DNA of 64,000 nucleotides from an uncultured archaeon (GCA_963799775.1 CAWCYD010000003.1:672001-736000); one strand, 5' to 3'; positions 12,847-21,378 are shown, numbered from the stretch's first letter. Made by a program: numbers and translations. Notes: generated by a model from the sequence alone, not told the origin.

Positions 12847-14045
12847 GCCAGCAGCTCCTCTCCGAGCATGGACACGGTGAACGGCGTGAGGGCCCCCCTT
12901 GCGCTCCAGTCATCCTTCAAAGCCTGCGGCAGCGCGTCTGCCACGTCTCCCTTTTCGAAGGGCCCTACCTCCTTCCCCTCCCACGTCGTCTTGTCGACGT
13001 GCTTGGTAAAGACGAGGCTCTTGTCGAGAGTCTTTTGTCCGGAGGGCGCCCCCATGATAATGGCGGGACCCACTATCACGGCCGACCCGCCGAACCCTAG
13101 CCGGGCGGGGTCCGCCTGGAGCACGTCAGCGGTCCACTTTATGGGCTCCCTCACCCCCTTGCCCTTGTAGTAGTTCTCGACCACCCGCCCAAAGTCCACG
13201 AACTGGATAGTCTTTGCCACATACTCTGGTGCGAACGTCATCAGGCATGGGGCGTCCATCTCTAGCCTCTGGAGCCACCTGCCTATCCTTCTGTCGGCGT
13301 GGATGCGCAGCGTGTCGGGATCGACGTCTAGCTCCTCGACGTAGGTCGCGTGCGGGAGCTCGATCCCCATCTTCTGGGATACCACCTCGGCTACCTGCGG
13401 CCCGACGCTCCCCGTCTCGCCGTCCGTCGTGCGGATCCCGGCGACCACCACGAACTTTGTGACGTTGGCCCTCTCAGTCTTCAAGCGGGCCGCGGCCTCT
13501 TCGCGGGTGAGGTTGCCCTCCACCAGGTGACCGATGACCGATGTCTTGGTCCCTGGCTCCTCGTTGTAGACCTTGTTTGGCAGGAGGTTCTGGTCGTATA
13601 GCTCCCTCGCCTTGGCCTCGATCTCCTGCATCGAGGATGAGCCCGAGACCATGGAGATCAGCGCGTCGAACGGCGCGACGTGCCTCTCGTAGATCTTGAA
13701 GACGGCGTGCCCCACGGCATAAGAGGTCGCTACCGTGTCCGAGCCTGCCAGCTTCGGGTCGCTGAGTATGATCTCCTCGTCGACGCCCGTCGCCTCGGCG
13801 TTGAAGAGCGGCGTGAGCACGGGCTTTAGCCTGGCGTCAGGCCCCATGCTGAGCGTGACGATCTTCCCGCCAACCCGCCTCTTCAGGTAGTCTGCCCCTT
13901 CTATCGCCTTCTCGTCGTTTGGGTTCACCACCATCTCCATCGCATCGCGCTGGACGATGTTGTCGACGCGGACGACCTTCGCTGTCCGAGCCGGAACGCC
14001 TTTTACCAGTGCTATGATAAGCAATTTGCGACCCTCGCTCAGCAT
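12843..14045 (-). CDS. fixA: Electron transfer flavoprotein beta subunit (enlarged)
   Basis: VKGVP, VNPNDEKAIE, LSMGP, AGSDTVATS, TTDGETGSVGPQVAE. Confidence 0.9.
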   Translation of the reverse strand: MLSEGRKLLIIALVKGVPARTAKVVRVDNIVQRDAMEMVVNPNDEKAIEGADYLKRRVGGKIVTLSMGPDARLKPVLTPLFNAEATGVDEEIILSDPKLAGSDTVATSYAVGHAVFKIYERHVAPFDALISMVSGSSSMQEIEAKARELYDQNLLPNKVYNEEPGTKTSVIGHLVEGNLTREEAAARLKTERANVTKFVVVAGIRTTDGETGSVGPQVAEVVSQKMGIELPHATYVEELDVDPDTLRIHADRRIGRWLQRLEMDAPCLMTFAPEYVAKTIQFVDFGRVVENYYKGKGVREPIKWTADVLQADPARLGFGGSAVIVGPAIIMGAPSGQKTLDKSLVFTKHVDKTTWEGKEVGPFEKGDVADALPQALKDDWSARGALTPFTVSMLGEELLA

Positions 14046-14105
14046 TCCGGGGATAAAAGTATTAGGTGAAATAGCCGAAATATGTGTCGCTTCGCTTCCT
14101 CTTTC

Positions 14106-15023
14106 TCAGAGCGACCCTTCGATGGCCGCGATGCCTTCCTTGATCGTCTCCGCGCCCTTTGTGAACTGGGCCTTCTCCCTGTCGTTGAGGTCGAGGGGCA
14201 ATATCTTCTCGACCCCGTTCGCCCCTAGGACGAGGGGCACTCCGATGCAGACGCCTTTGAGGCCGTACTCCCCCTCCAGGTAAGCCGAGGCAGGGATCAC
14301 CTCCCTCCTGTCCAGGGCGATCGCCCTGACCATCTTGACCACCCCGTTCGCAGGGGCGTAGACTGTGGCGCCCTTCTTGGATATCACGTCGATCGCGACC
14401 CGCCTCGTGGCCTCCATAGCCTGGTCGATCTGGGTGTCGTCCATGAGCTTCGTGAGGGGGACGCCGCCTATCGAGGTGAAGCGTGCGAGCGGGAGCATGC
14501 TCTCGCCGTGCTCTCCGATCACCAGCGAGGTGATGGAGGAGTGGGACACGTCGAGCATCGCCGAGATGGTCGACTTGAACCTCGAGAGGTCGAGGACTCC
14601 GCCCATCCCGATCACCTTGCCCTTGGGGAAGCCGGTCTTCCTCAGGACGACGTAGTTCATGACGTCCATCGGGTTCGTCACCGTGATCGCGATCGAGCCG
14701 GGCGCGTGCTTGGCCAGCTCCTTGGCCACGGAGGCAACGATCCCCGCGTTCTTCTGGAGAAGGTCCATCCTCGTCATCCCCGGCTTTCGCGCGACCCCTG
14801 CTGTGATCACGACTATCTTCGAGCCACGGAGCGCGGAGAAGTCTGTGGAGCCTCTCACGTCGACGTCGACACCTGTCTCCGCGATCTTCTGCGAGATGTC
14901 GATGGCCTCTCCTTCCGCCAGCCCGGGGACGACGTCGACGAGCGTGACGTCATCTATCCCTGCGGATGCTACCTCGAGGGCAGACTGCGCGCCCACGCGT
15001 CCCGCGCCGAGGAATCCGATCAA
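14106..15023 (-). CDS. mdh: Malate dehydrogenase (LDH-like)
   Basis: GAGRVG, TAGVARKPGMTRMDL, TNPMD, LDLSRF, GEHGE. Confidence 0.95.
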   Translation of the reverse strand: MIGFLGAGRVGAQSALEVASAGIDDVTLVDVVPGLAEGEAIDISQKIAETGVDVDVRGSTDFSALRGSKIVVITAGVARKPGMTRMDLLQKNAGIVASVAKELAKHAPGSIAITVTNPMDVMNYVVLRKTGFPKGKVIGMGGVLDLSRFKSTISAMLDVSHSSITSLVIGEHGESMLPLARFTSIGGVPLTKLMDDTQIDQAMEATRRVAIDVISKKGATVYAPANGVVKMVRAIALDRREVIPASAYLEGEYGLKGVCIGVPLVLGANGVEKILPLDLNDREKAQFTKGAETIKEGIAAIEGSL

Positions 15024-15091
15024 TCTATGGTCCGCGGAAGCGCCCAGAGACGATTAGAAAAAGGTAGGCATCTCCGGCTCGAGATGTTATC

Positions 15092-15379
15092 TCAGAGCCG
15101 CAGCCCGAAGGATTGGGCGAAGTCCTCGAACTGGACGTAAGCCTGGAGGAACATGATGCCCTTGTCGCTGATCTTGTACTTTGAGCTCTTCTCTGCCGCC
15201 TCTTCGGTGAGCAAGCCCGCGCCCACCAGCTCCACTATCAGCTTCGTCATCCTAGAGTACGAGACGTTACCGCGTCTGAGCAGAGTCGTTATCCCGACCC
15301 CTTGTCCGTCCTGGTTCAGGTCGCGGGCAGTCGCGAGTACGTCCGCGATGATCTTGCCCTGGGTTCTATACTGGGGCAT
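15092..15379 (-). CDS. Small winged-helix DNA-binding protein
   Basis: YRTQGKIIADVL...ITTLLRRGNVSYSRMTKLIVELVGAGLL...YKISDKG wHTH pattern. Confidence 0.85.
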   Translation of the reverse strand: MPQYRTQGKIIADVLATARDLNQDGQGVGITTLLRRGNVSYSRMTKLIVELVGAGLLTEEAAEKSSKYKISDKGIMFLQAYVQFEDFAQSFGLRL

Positions 15380-16013
15380 TCAAGAACTCTCCTGGCTTTC
15401 TGAACGAGAACTTCAAGACTGGGACGAATAGCGCGACTAGTCCAACTTCCCTCATCAATAGCTGCAAGAATGTTAACAATAGCATGTCCGGCGCCGCGAG
15501 AGAGACCCACCAGCCTGCGGCGAGCATCCCCAGGCCCGTCGCGATGAAGAGCGTGTTAGGGTTCTTTGTCTTCGAGTAGGACAGCGTCGTCTCGAGCACG
15601 CCGTAGAGGATGAAGAAGAATGACAGGCTCTTCAGGACCGTCTCGACGCTCGTGGAGCTGACGGCGAATATGGGCAGGAGGATCAAGAGCGGCCCCAGTC
15701 GCTGTTTGACAACCACGTCCAGGACATGGGAGAACGCCAAGAAGAAGTATCCGACCGTCTGCAGGAACAGCCCGGTGATCAGCAGCGTCGACGGCGAGAA
15801 CTCGGGCCCCTGGAGGTTGGTGAACGCGCCGACGCCTTCCAGGCCCTGGAGGATGAAACCCGCGCCCAGGAAGACGAATGCGGAAGTCAGCCGGAGCATG
15901 GAGGAGCTGCTGGTCTCTCGCAGGCCCTTGTAGGAGACTGCGGCTATGGAGAACGCTACGAATGCCCCAATAAACTGTAGGGCGTTCTCGAACATGACCA
16001 AATCCGGTCCCAC
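15366..16013 (-). CDS. Membrane protein with about 7 TM helices, overlapping the wHTH gene
   Basis: 215 aa, about seven hydrophobic segments with short loops. Confidence 0.75.
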   Translation of the reverse strand: MGPDLVMFENALQFIGAFVAFSIAAVSYKGLRETSSSSMLRLTSAFVFLGAGFILQGLEGVGAFTNLQGPEFSPSTLLITGLFLQTVGYFFLAFSHVLDVVVKQRLGPLLILLPIFAVSSTSVETVLKSLSFFFILYGVLETTLSYSKTKNPNTLFIATGLGMLAAGWWVSLAAPDMLLLTFLQLLMREVGLVALFVPVLKFSFRKPGEFLNAPV

Positions 16014-16134
16014 AGACCTTAACCTAGAGTCCGGAGGGCCGATTGAATATAAAAGCTTGATGTCTGAGCTATGCTAGTTCGTCGGCTCATGGTTGCGAGG
16101 TGGCGCTTAAGTATGCTCACCCGCTTATTGCATG

Positions 16135-16370
16135 ATGTTCGCTGATAGGGGGCTGTCCAGGCTCGCCAGTTCCCTGCCCTCTCTCCGGAGGGCGAAAGGG
16201 CCCGCAGGTGAAGCTATGATTGGAGACCCGGTGACGGCAATCCCAGGAGCAGATGCAGGCAAGTTGACGCTCCGGAAAGAGCCGGAAAGTTGACAGAGCC
16301 GATGCACGAGCGGTCGACGCGGAAACGCTCTGGAAACGCCTTCCGTGAACCTCGCAGGGATTTAGTTTTG
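16135..16370 (+). ncRNA. Candidate structured non-coding RNA (unassigned family)
   Basis: Nested helices 16171-77/16354-60, 16186-94/16337-45, 16218-22/16238-42, 16254-60/16298-306; GNRA hairpins; TATA-like cttaagta 16106-13 upstream; T-rich tract 16361-69 downstream. Confidence 0.55.
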
Positions 16371-16430
16371 CACAACCATTAAATAGGTGTAAAATTATTT
16401 CAATAATAACTCAATCCGGAGTGCAATCGT

Positions 16431-17370
16431 TTGTCATCCGAAAGAGATTTCTCAAGACTGATGAAGTTGCAAAGGGCTCTCGACAAGTGCCCTCGTTGTG
16501 GCAAGGGTCATATGGTCGTTGACAACACGGGCGGGGAGCTCGTTTGCAGTGCCTGCGGTTTCGTGGTCAAAGAAAAGATAGAGGAGACGGGTCCGGAGTG
16601 GCGGGCTTTCTCGAAGGAAGAGAAGGACGACAGGTCCAGAGGAGGGATGCCGACCTCGATCGCGATGCACGACATGGGGCTCGCGACGGTCATCGGCGGG
16701 ACGAACAAGGACGCGTCGGGCAAGTCTCTATCCGGGTCGATGAAGGCGACAGTGGAGAGGCTCAGGACATGGGACAGCAGGAGCCAAGTCCACGAACCCA
16801 TGGACAGGAACCTGAGGCAAGCTTTCAGCGAGCTCGACAGGCTCTCCGACAAGCTCTCTGTCTCAGAGGCCGTCATCGAAAAGGCTGCTTACATCTACAG
16901 AAAGGCGCTCGAGAGAGGTCTGGTGCGCGGCAGGTCGATCTCCGCGATCATTGCGGCATCGCTCTACGCTGCGTGCAGGGACAGGGAGACTCCGAGGGAC
17001 CCTGAAGGACCTCGCTGTGGTATCAAACGTGAAGAAGAAGGACATCGCCAGGTGCTACAGGCTCCTACTCAAGGAGATGGACATCAAGATGCCGGTTGTC
17101 GACCCGGCAAAGTGCGTCTCAAGGATCGCATCCAGGGCGAGCCTCTCCGAGAGGACCAAGAGGAGGGCATTAGAGATATTGAAGAAGGCCGAGGAAGCCA
17201 GGATCTCCGCAGGAAAGGACCCGATGGGGCTGGCCGCAGCCGCGCTCTACGTGTCTTGCACCCTCGAGGGAGAGGACAAGACTCAGAGGGACGTCGCGGA
17301 GGCCGCCGGGGTGACCGAGGTCACGATAAGGAACAGGTACAAGGGCCTGCGTTCCGCGCTGGGCATCTAG
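16431..17370 (+). CDS. tfb: Transcription initiation factor IIB (TFB); frameshift near 16995
   Basis: Zn ribbon CPRC...CSAC, GPEWRAF, HDMGL, GLVRGRSI, GKDPMGLAAAALY, TEVTIRNRYK. Confidence 0.96.
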
Positions 17371-17479
17371 ACGAGTTAGCAAGCGATCCCTGCACGGGAA
17401 GAAAATGGAAGGGAAATTCATATTCGCTTTACATAACCGGTAATATCCATTCACGGTCTGGACTTCAGGTCTCAAGTAC

Positions 17480-18651
17480 TTGTTTTCAGAGGAAGCCCAG
17501 CGTGAAGCCCAGCCCGATTCGAGCGCAAACATCGTCTCCTTGGTCAGGCTTCTCTCCGACATAGGCCCTGACATCGCCGAGATCTCCAGGCGTCTGGGGC
17601 AGTTCAAGGAGAGCGTGAGATACCGCTACAGGGAGAAGGCATAAAGCGAGGTTTTGCAATCAAGGCAGACGTGGACTACGGGGCCCTTGGGTTGACCAGG
17701 GTCGTGATGAAGCTCAGGTTTTCCCCGATGTACACGCAACAGTCCCACAAGATTCTCGAGGTGTTGAGCAATCTATCCTACCTCGTGGCATATGCTGGGA
17801 CGATGCCAAACGATCTCTACATAGTTCATGCAGGCGTCCCCACGGAGTTTACGGAGGAATTCCATCGACTGATGGAGAGCCTCAGGGACCGGGGGATGTT
17901 CATGTCGGTGGAGTTCTATGACTGCAACTGGTTCAGGGTCGCGCCGATGCGGGCGGAATGCTTCAACTTTGACGAGGGTGTCTGGGACTTCGATTGGAGC
18001 AACCCGCCACCGATAGAGGAAAAGGCTGCTCGTGCCACCATCAGCGAGAAGAAACCTCTCGACAAGGTGGACCTTCTCATCGTCAAGGAGCTTTGGAAGG
18101 ACAGTAACCGCTCGCTCGTAGAGATTCGCGAGGCCATCAAGAAAGTGAACGGCGTTGACATCAACTACAAGACTCTCGGGTGGCACTTCGCACACCACGT
18201 GTTGGGACACCACCTGATCAGAGACTACTCGATAACCTGGCACGGCATGAAGTACAACAGCGACCTTCAGCAAATCACGCGAGTCGGGAAGCACGGTTAT
18301 CTTGGGGCGTCGCTCATACTTCGAGAAGCAAATGAACAGGAAAAAATGCTAATGCGAGGCCAACTCAATCGTCTGCCGTTTCTGTGGTCCGAAGCGTCTG
18401 GCGAGGTCTACTACGCACAGCTCTTTTTCCCGCTAGAAATGATTAATGAGGCCCTGGAATATCTCAAGACTCTGCTAAAGCCGTACGGGGATAGAGCCGA
18501 GCTCTTCATTCTAGACAGAAGGGAGATGACGTCATTCACGATAGGTTATCAAATGTGGGACGAGCGAAGCTCCCAATGGAGCTTCGACCGTGAGCGTCTT
18601 CTTGGCCGTCTGGAAAATACACTTCTGAAGGTTGCGGACAGAAGAGCCTAG
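17480..18651 (+). CDS. Large tandem Lrp/AsnC-like transcription regulator (HTH-RAM x2); frameshift near 17640
   Basis: TTG 17480 frame gives IVSLVRLLSDIGPDIAEISRRLGQFKESVRYRY (HTH), joining ORF 17671..18651 (VDYGALGL; second HTH LDKVDLLIVKELWKDSNRSLVEI); both halves end in an aromatic F/W-D-x-x-x-(x)-W-x-F-D motif. Confidence 0.78.
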
Positions 18652-18776
18652 TCCGCGTTTCCGCCGCCTTCAAACGCCTTCAAGTGGACTCCTGCATGCA
18701 CACCATGCGCTGTCATGAAGAGTGAGAAGGCTCCAAAGACGACCAACGCGTACCTTACCTTCTGATCGAGTTCCAT
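18648..18776 (-). CDS. 42-aa peptide with signal/TM segment: MELDQKVRYALVVFGAFSLFMTAHGVHAGVHLKAFEGGGNAD
   Basis: Hand-translated ATG 18776 to TAG 18648; TATA box 24-31 nt upstream (leaderless spacing); charged N-terminus, hydrophobic core, polar tail; stop overlaps the regulator stop. Confidence 0.7.
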   Translation of the reverse strand: MELDQKVRYALVVFGAFSLFMTAHGVHAGVHLKAFEGGGNAD

Positions 18777-18795
18777 GGAAACAGTCTTCTGAATC

Positions 18796-18817
18796 CAGAT
18801 TAATAAATCTGCGCTTT
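18796..18817 (-). promoter_or_regulatory. BRE/TATA promoter of the peptide gene embedded in inverted repeat CAGATT-N4-AATCTG
   Basis: Minus strand aaagcgcagaTTTATTAAtctg; palindrome arms 18796-18801 and 18806-18811. Confidence 0.6.
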
Positions 18818-18931
18818 GCATGACCAAAAGGCCATTTGTGCGATGTAAATTCTAACGTTATTCTCAGCAAATGGGTCAGTTATTGCATGATAGAGCGGCA
18901 TCCCGCCTATGCGAATTCTAAGGCCCTGCTT

Positions 18932-20065
18932 CTAGATTGGCGCCTTGCCTTTGAGCACGCGCTTCAGCAGCTCATTGAAGACGATGAGCGTCCCGGAGCC
19001 ACCGAGGAGAAACACGATGACCACGGTCGGGATGTAGTCGAGGGGGTTGCCCGTGTTCGAGGTCCACGGGACGCCCCAGACCGCTTGGGCGAAGAACGAG
19101 AAGATGCTCCCTACGTAGTCTATGGACCAGTGAAGGAGCAGGCTGGTGTGGAGCCCGTACTTGATGTAGAGATAGCCAAGCGCGAGTCCGGCCAGCGCGG
19201 CCTCGCTTATCTTTCCTGGACCCCAGCCCGACCCCGAGGCGTAGTGCGCGTAGCCGAACATTATCGAGGACAAGACCAGGAAGGCGTAGACGACGGGCCT
19301 GATCGCCCGTATCTTCGTAGAGTCCTCCGCCCGTGCCGGGAAGAGGGAAGGGCCAGTCGTCTCGAACGAGGCCACCGTCTCGATGTCGTCTGCCTCGTCG
19401 GCGTCCCACAACGAAGAGGGACGCCAGAGAGCCTTCACGATTTTCCTGGGCGAGAACTCCCTGAACATGACCAGGCCCAGGACAAGCACGGGCACCCCGA
19501 TCATGATGAGCCGGAAGGAGGTCTCCTCCAGAAGTGGCGCGAGCGTGAAGTCAACGAGTAAGGAGAAGGGGTCTCCCGTCAGAGAGCCCGTGGATATGCC
19601 GGCGGAGTTCTGCGCTGTGTCGACCAGCAGGGTCACCAGGCTCGTGGCCCCCAGGAGCACCATCATCGCGGCCATAGGGTTCGTGAAGAGCGCCTCGTAG
19701 CCCTGGGTGGCGGCTCCCCTGAGCGACCTCCAAAATCCGATCCCCTGCTTCAGCGCGAGAATCACGCACGCGAGATAGGCGACCGAGCAGACAAGGAACA
19801 GCACTCCTAGGTTCCCCGATACGGGCACCTGGACGCTGGTGAAGACCACGTCGAGGTTGATCCCGTAGATGGGCGTTGATGCGGTGTAGTTGTTGGAGAG
19901 GTGGGCGCCGAAGACCGTGTAGACCCCCACGGGGAAGGAGACGAGCATCATCCCCAAGGTGAAGATCAGCACCGCGTCAAGGACCAGTAGCCATCTCGTC
20001 CAGGACCATCCTCCCGACTCGACCGCTCGCTGCTGTTGCTGCGGTTCGTTTGGGGGTAAGGACAA
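18932..20065 (-). CDS. CPBP/CAAX (Abi/Rce1-like) intramembrane glutamic protease
   Basis: APLLEETSFR (EExxxR), FGYAH (FxxxH), LLHWSID motifs; multiple TM helices; probable TTG start at 20065. Confidence 0.88.
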   Translation of the reverse strand: MSLPPNEPQQQQRAVESGGWSWTRWLLVLDAVLIFTLGMMLVSFPVGVYTVFGAHLSNNYTASTPIYGINLDVVFTSVQVPVSGNLGVLFLVCSVAYLACVILALKQGIGFWRSLRGAATQGYEALFTNPMAAMMVLLGATSLVTLLVDTAQNSAGISTGSLTGDPFSLLVDFTLAPLLEETSFRLIMIGVPVLVLGLVMFREFSPRKIVKALWRPSSLWDADEADDIETVASFETTGPSLFPARAEDSTKIRAIRPVVYAFLVLSSIMFGYAHYASGSGWGPGKISEAALAGLALGYLYIKYGLHTSLLLHWSIDYVGSIFSFFAQAVWGVPWTSNTGNPLDYIPTVVIVFLLGGSGTLIVFNELLKRVLKGKAPI

Positions 20066-20070
20066 CTCTT

Positions 20071-20334
20071 CTAGGGGTCTCTGGCTCTCGCCTGGTCTGC
20101 TGAACGGTCCTTTCTCTCTGCCTCGTCCTCGCTCCGCCTGTCCTCTAGGTAGACGTATCCCTTGTAACCGCAATTCTTGCAGTAGTAGTCCTGCGGGACG
20201 AGCCAGCCGCCCAGCTCGCTGCCCTTGAAGAGGGGGGAGAGACAGTTGACGCAGAGTTTTGGCACTGGCTTGCTGGGGTTCCTCCTCACGAGGCGCGGCA
20301 TCCCTTCGTCCGCCTCCTCCTCAGTGGACGGCAA
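20071..20334 (-). CDS. Small zinc-ribbon protein
   Basis: CVNC...GWLVPQDYYCKNCGYKG. Confidence 0.75.
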   Translation of the reverse strand: MPSTEEEADEGMPRLVRRNPSKPVPKLCVNCLSPLFKGSELGGWLVPQDYYCKNCGYKGYVYLEDRRSEDEAERKDRSADQARARDP

Positions 20335-20381
20335 CGGGGTCCCGATGTTTCCGGCGCATCCCTAAAACCCTTTGCGCTGGC

Positions 20382-21179
20382 TCAGGGGACGTTCGTGACC
20401 TGCACGTGGACCACCTCGCTGAAGGACTGCCCACCGAGATATGTCCCCGTCACCGTCATCGGGTAGACCTGGCCCCCGTTGAAGGTCAGGCTGGCGAAGA
20501 CGATCTCGGTGCTTGAGGCCGAGCCGCCTGGCTGGAGCGGGTTCGCTTGCGAGACGCTCCCGAAGTCGAACGTCTGACCGCCGCCGTTGAGCGTCAGCAC
20601 CGCCTCGAGGTGGGAGGCCGATCGTCCGTCGTTGGGAATAGAGAGGGTCACGTTGAGCTGCGGCACCGCAGGGATCGTCGACTCGACGTCTTGAACCGAG
20701 ACGACCTCGATGGGCAGGGAGGTGTTCGCGCATCCTCCAATCGCGCCGCCGACCTCGGTTGCATTGACCTGCTCTACGGATGAAACGGAGCCTGACCCGT
20801 TGAGGAGCACCCGGATCTCGGCGGCGGGCGTCTGGACCGGCGCGTCCCCGCAAGGATAGGACACCGTCCCGTTGTAATATGCGAACGTCATCGAGCCCTG
20901 CGCCTCCCCGATGTAGTTGAAGCAAAGGCCGCCGGCCGCGCTCGTGAAGGCGGCGCTCTGCTCGACCGCCTGGGCCGCCTGCGGCATCGATGGGTCGTTG
21001 CAGTCGACCCCCGTGGTGGTGGCTGTAGAGATCGCTCCACCGGCGGGCGTGCTCAGCCGCTGGGTCTCGACGTAGAAGAAGTACACTCCGCCGACCGTGG
21101 CGACCAGGATTAAGACCACGAGGACGCTTGTCGGTATCTTCGTCCCCTTTCCTGTGCCCCACTTGTCGCTTCCTTTCAC
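20382..21179 (-). CDS. Membrane-anchored extracellular protein of unknown function
   Basis: Basic N-terminus, single TM (VLVVLILVATVGGVYFFY), S/T/G-rich beta-type ectodomain with four Cys. Confidence 0.72.
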   Translation of the reverse strand: MKGSDKWGTGKGTKIPTSVLVVLILVATVGGVYFFYVETQRLSTPAGGAISTATTTGVDCNDPSMPQAAQAVEQSAAFTSAAGGLCFNYIGEAQGSMTFAYYNGTVSYPCGDAPVQTPAAEIRVLLNGSGSVSSVEQVNATEVGGAIGGCANTSLPIEVVSVQDVESTIPAVPQLNVTLSIPNDGRSASHLEAVLTLNGGGQTFDFGSVSQANPLQPGGSASSTEIVFASLTFNGGQVYPMTVTGTYLGGQSFSEVVHVQVTNVP

Positions 21180-21378
21180 AATCGTCTCGCAGTCCGAATC
21201 ATGTCATCACAAATAGGTTATGTTAGCAAGATGACCAGTTCGCCTGCAGGCTACGCCTTGATCGTTCATTCGCGGTTGCAACCGCGCTCTTTTGGGTGCG
21301 AAGGTCAGAAGGACAGCTGTTTGAAAATGGGCGGGTATAACCGCCGATGGGAATTGATATTGATATTGAATCGATTGC

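Noticed and set aside
15366-16013. 7TM protein as a microbial rhodopsin
   Set aside because: No DxxxK retinal-binding lysine in the last helix and no RYxDW-type helix C motif.
16145-16360. Resemblance of GGGG...CCGTGAACCT..GCAGGGA to a TPP riboswitch, or identity as RNase P or SRP RNA
   Set aside because: No CUGAGA motif or P5 arm and no thiamine gene downstream; the RNase P P4 signatures and the SRP helix-8 motif were not found by eye.
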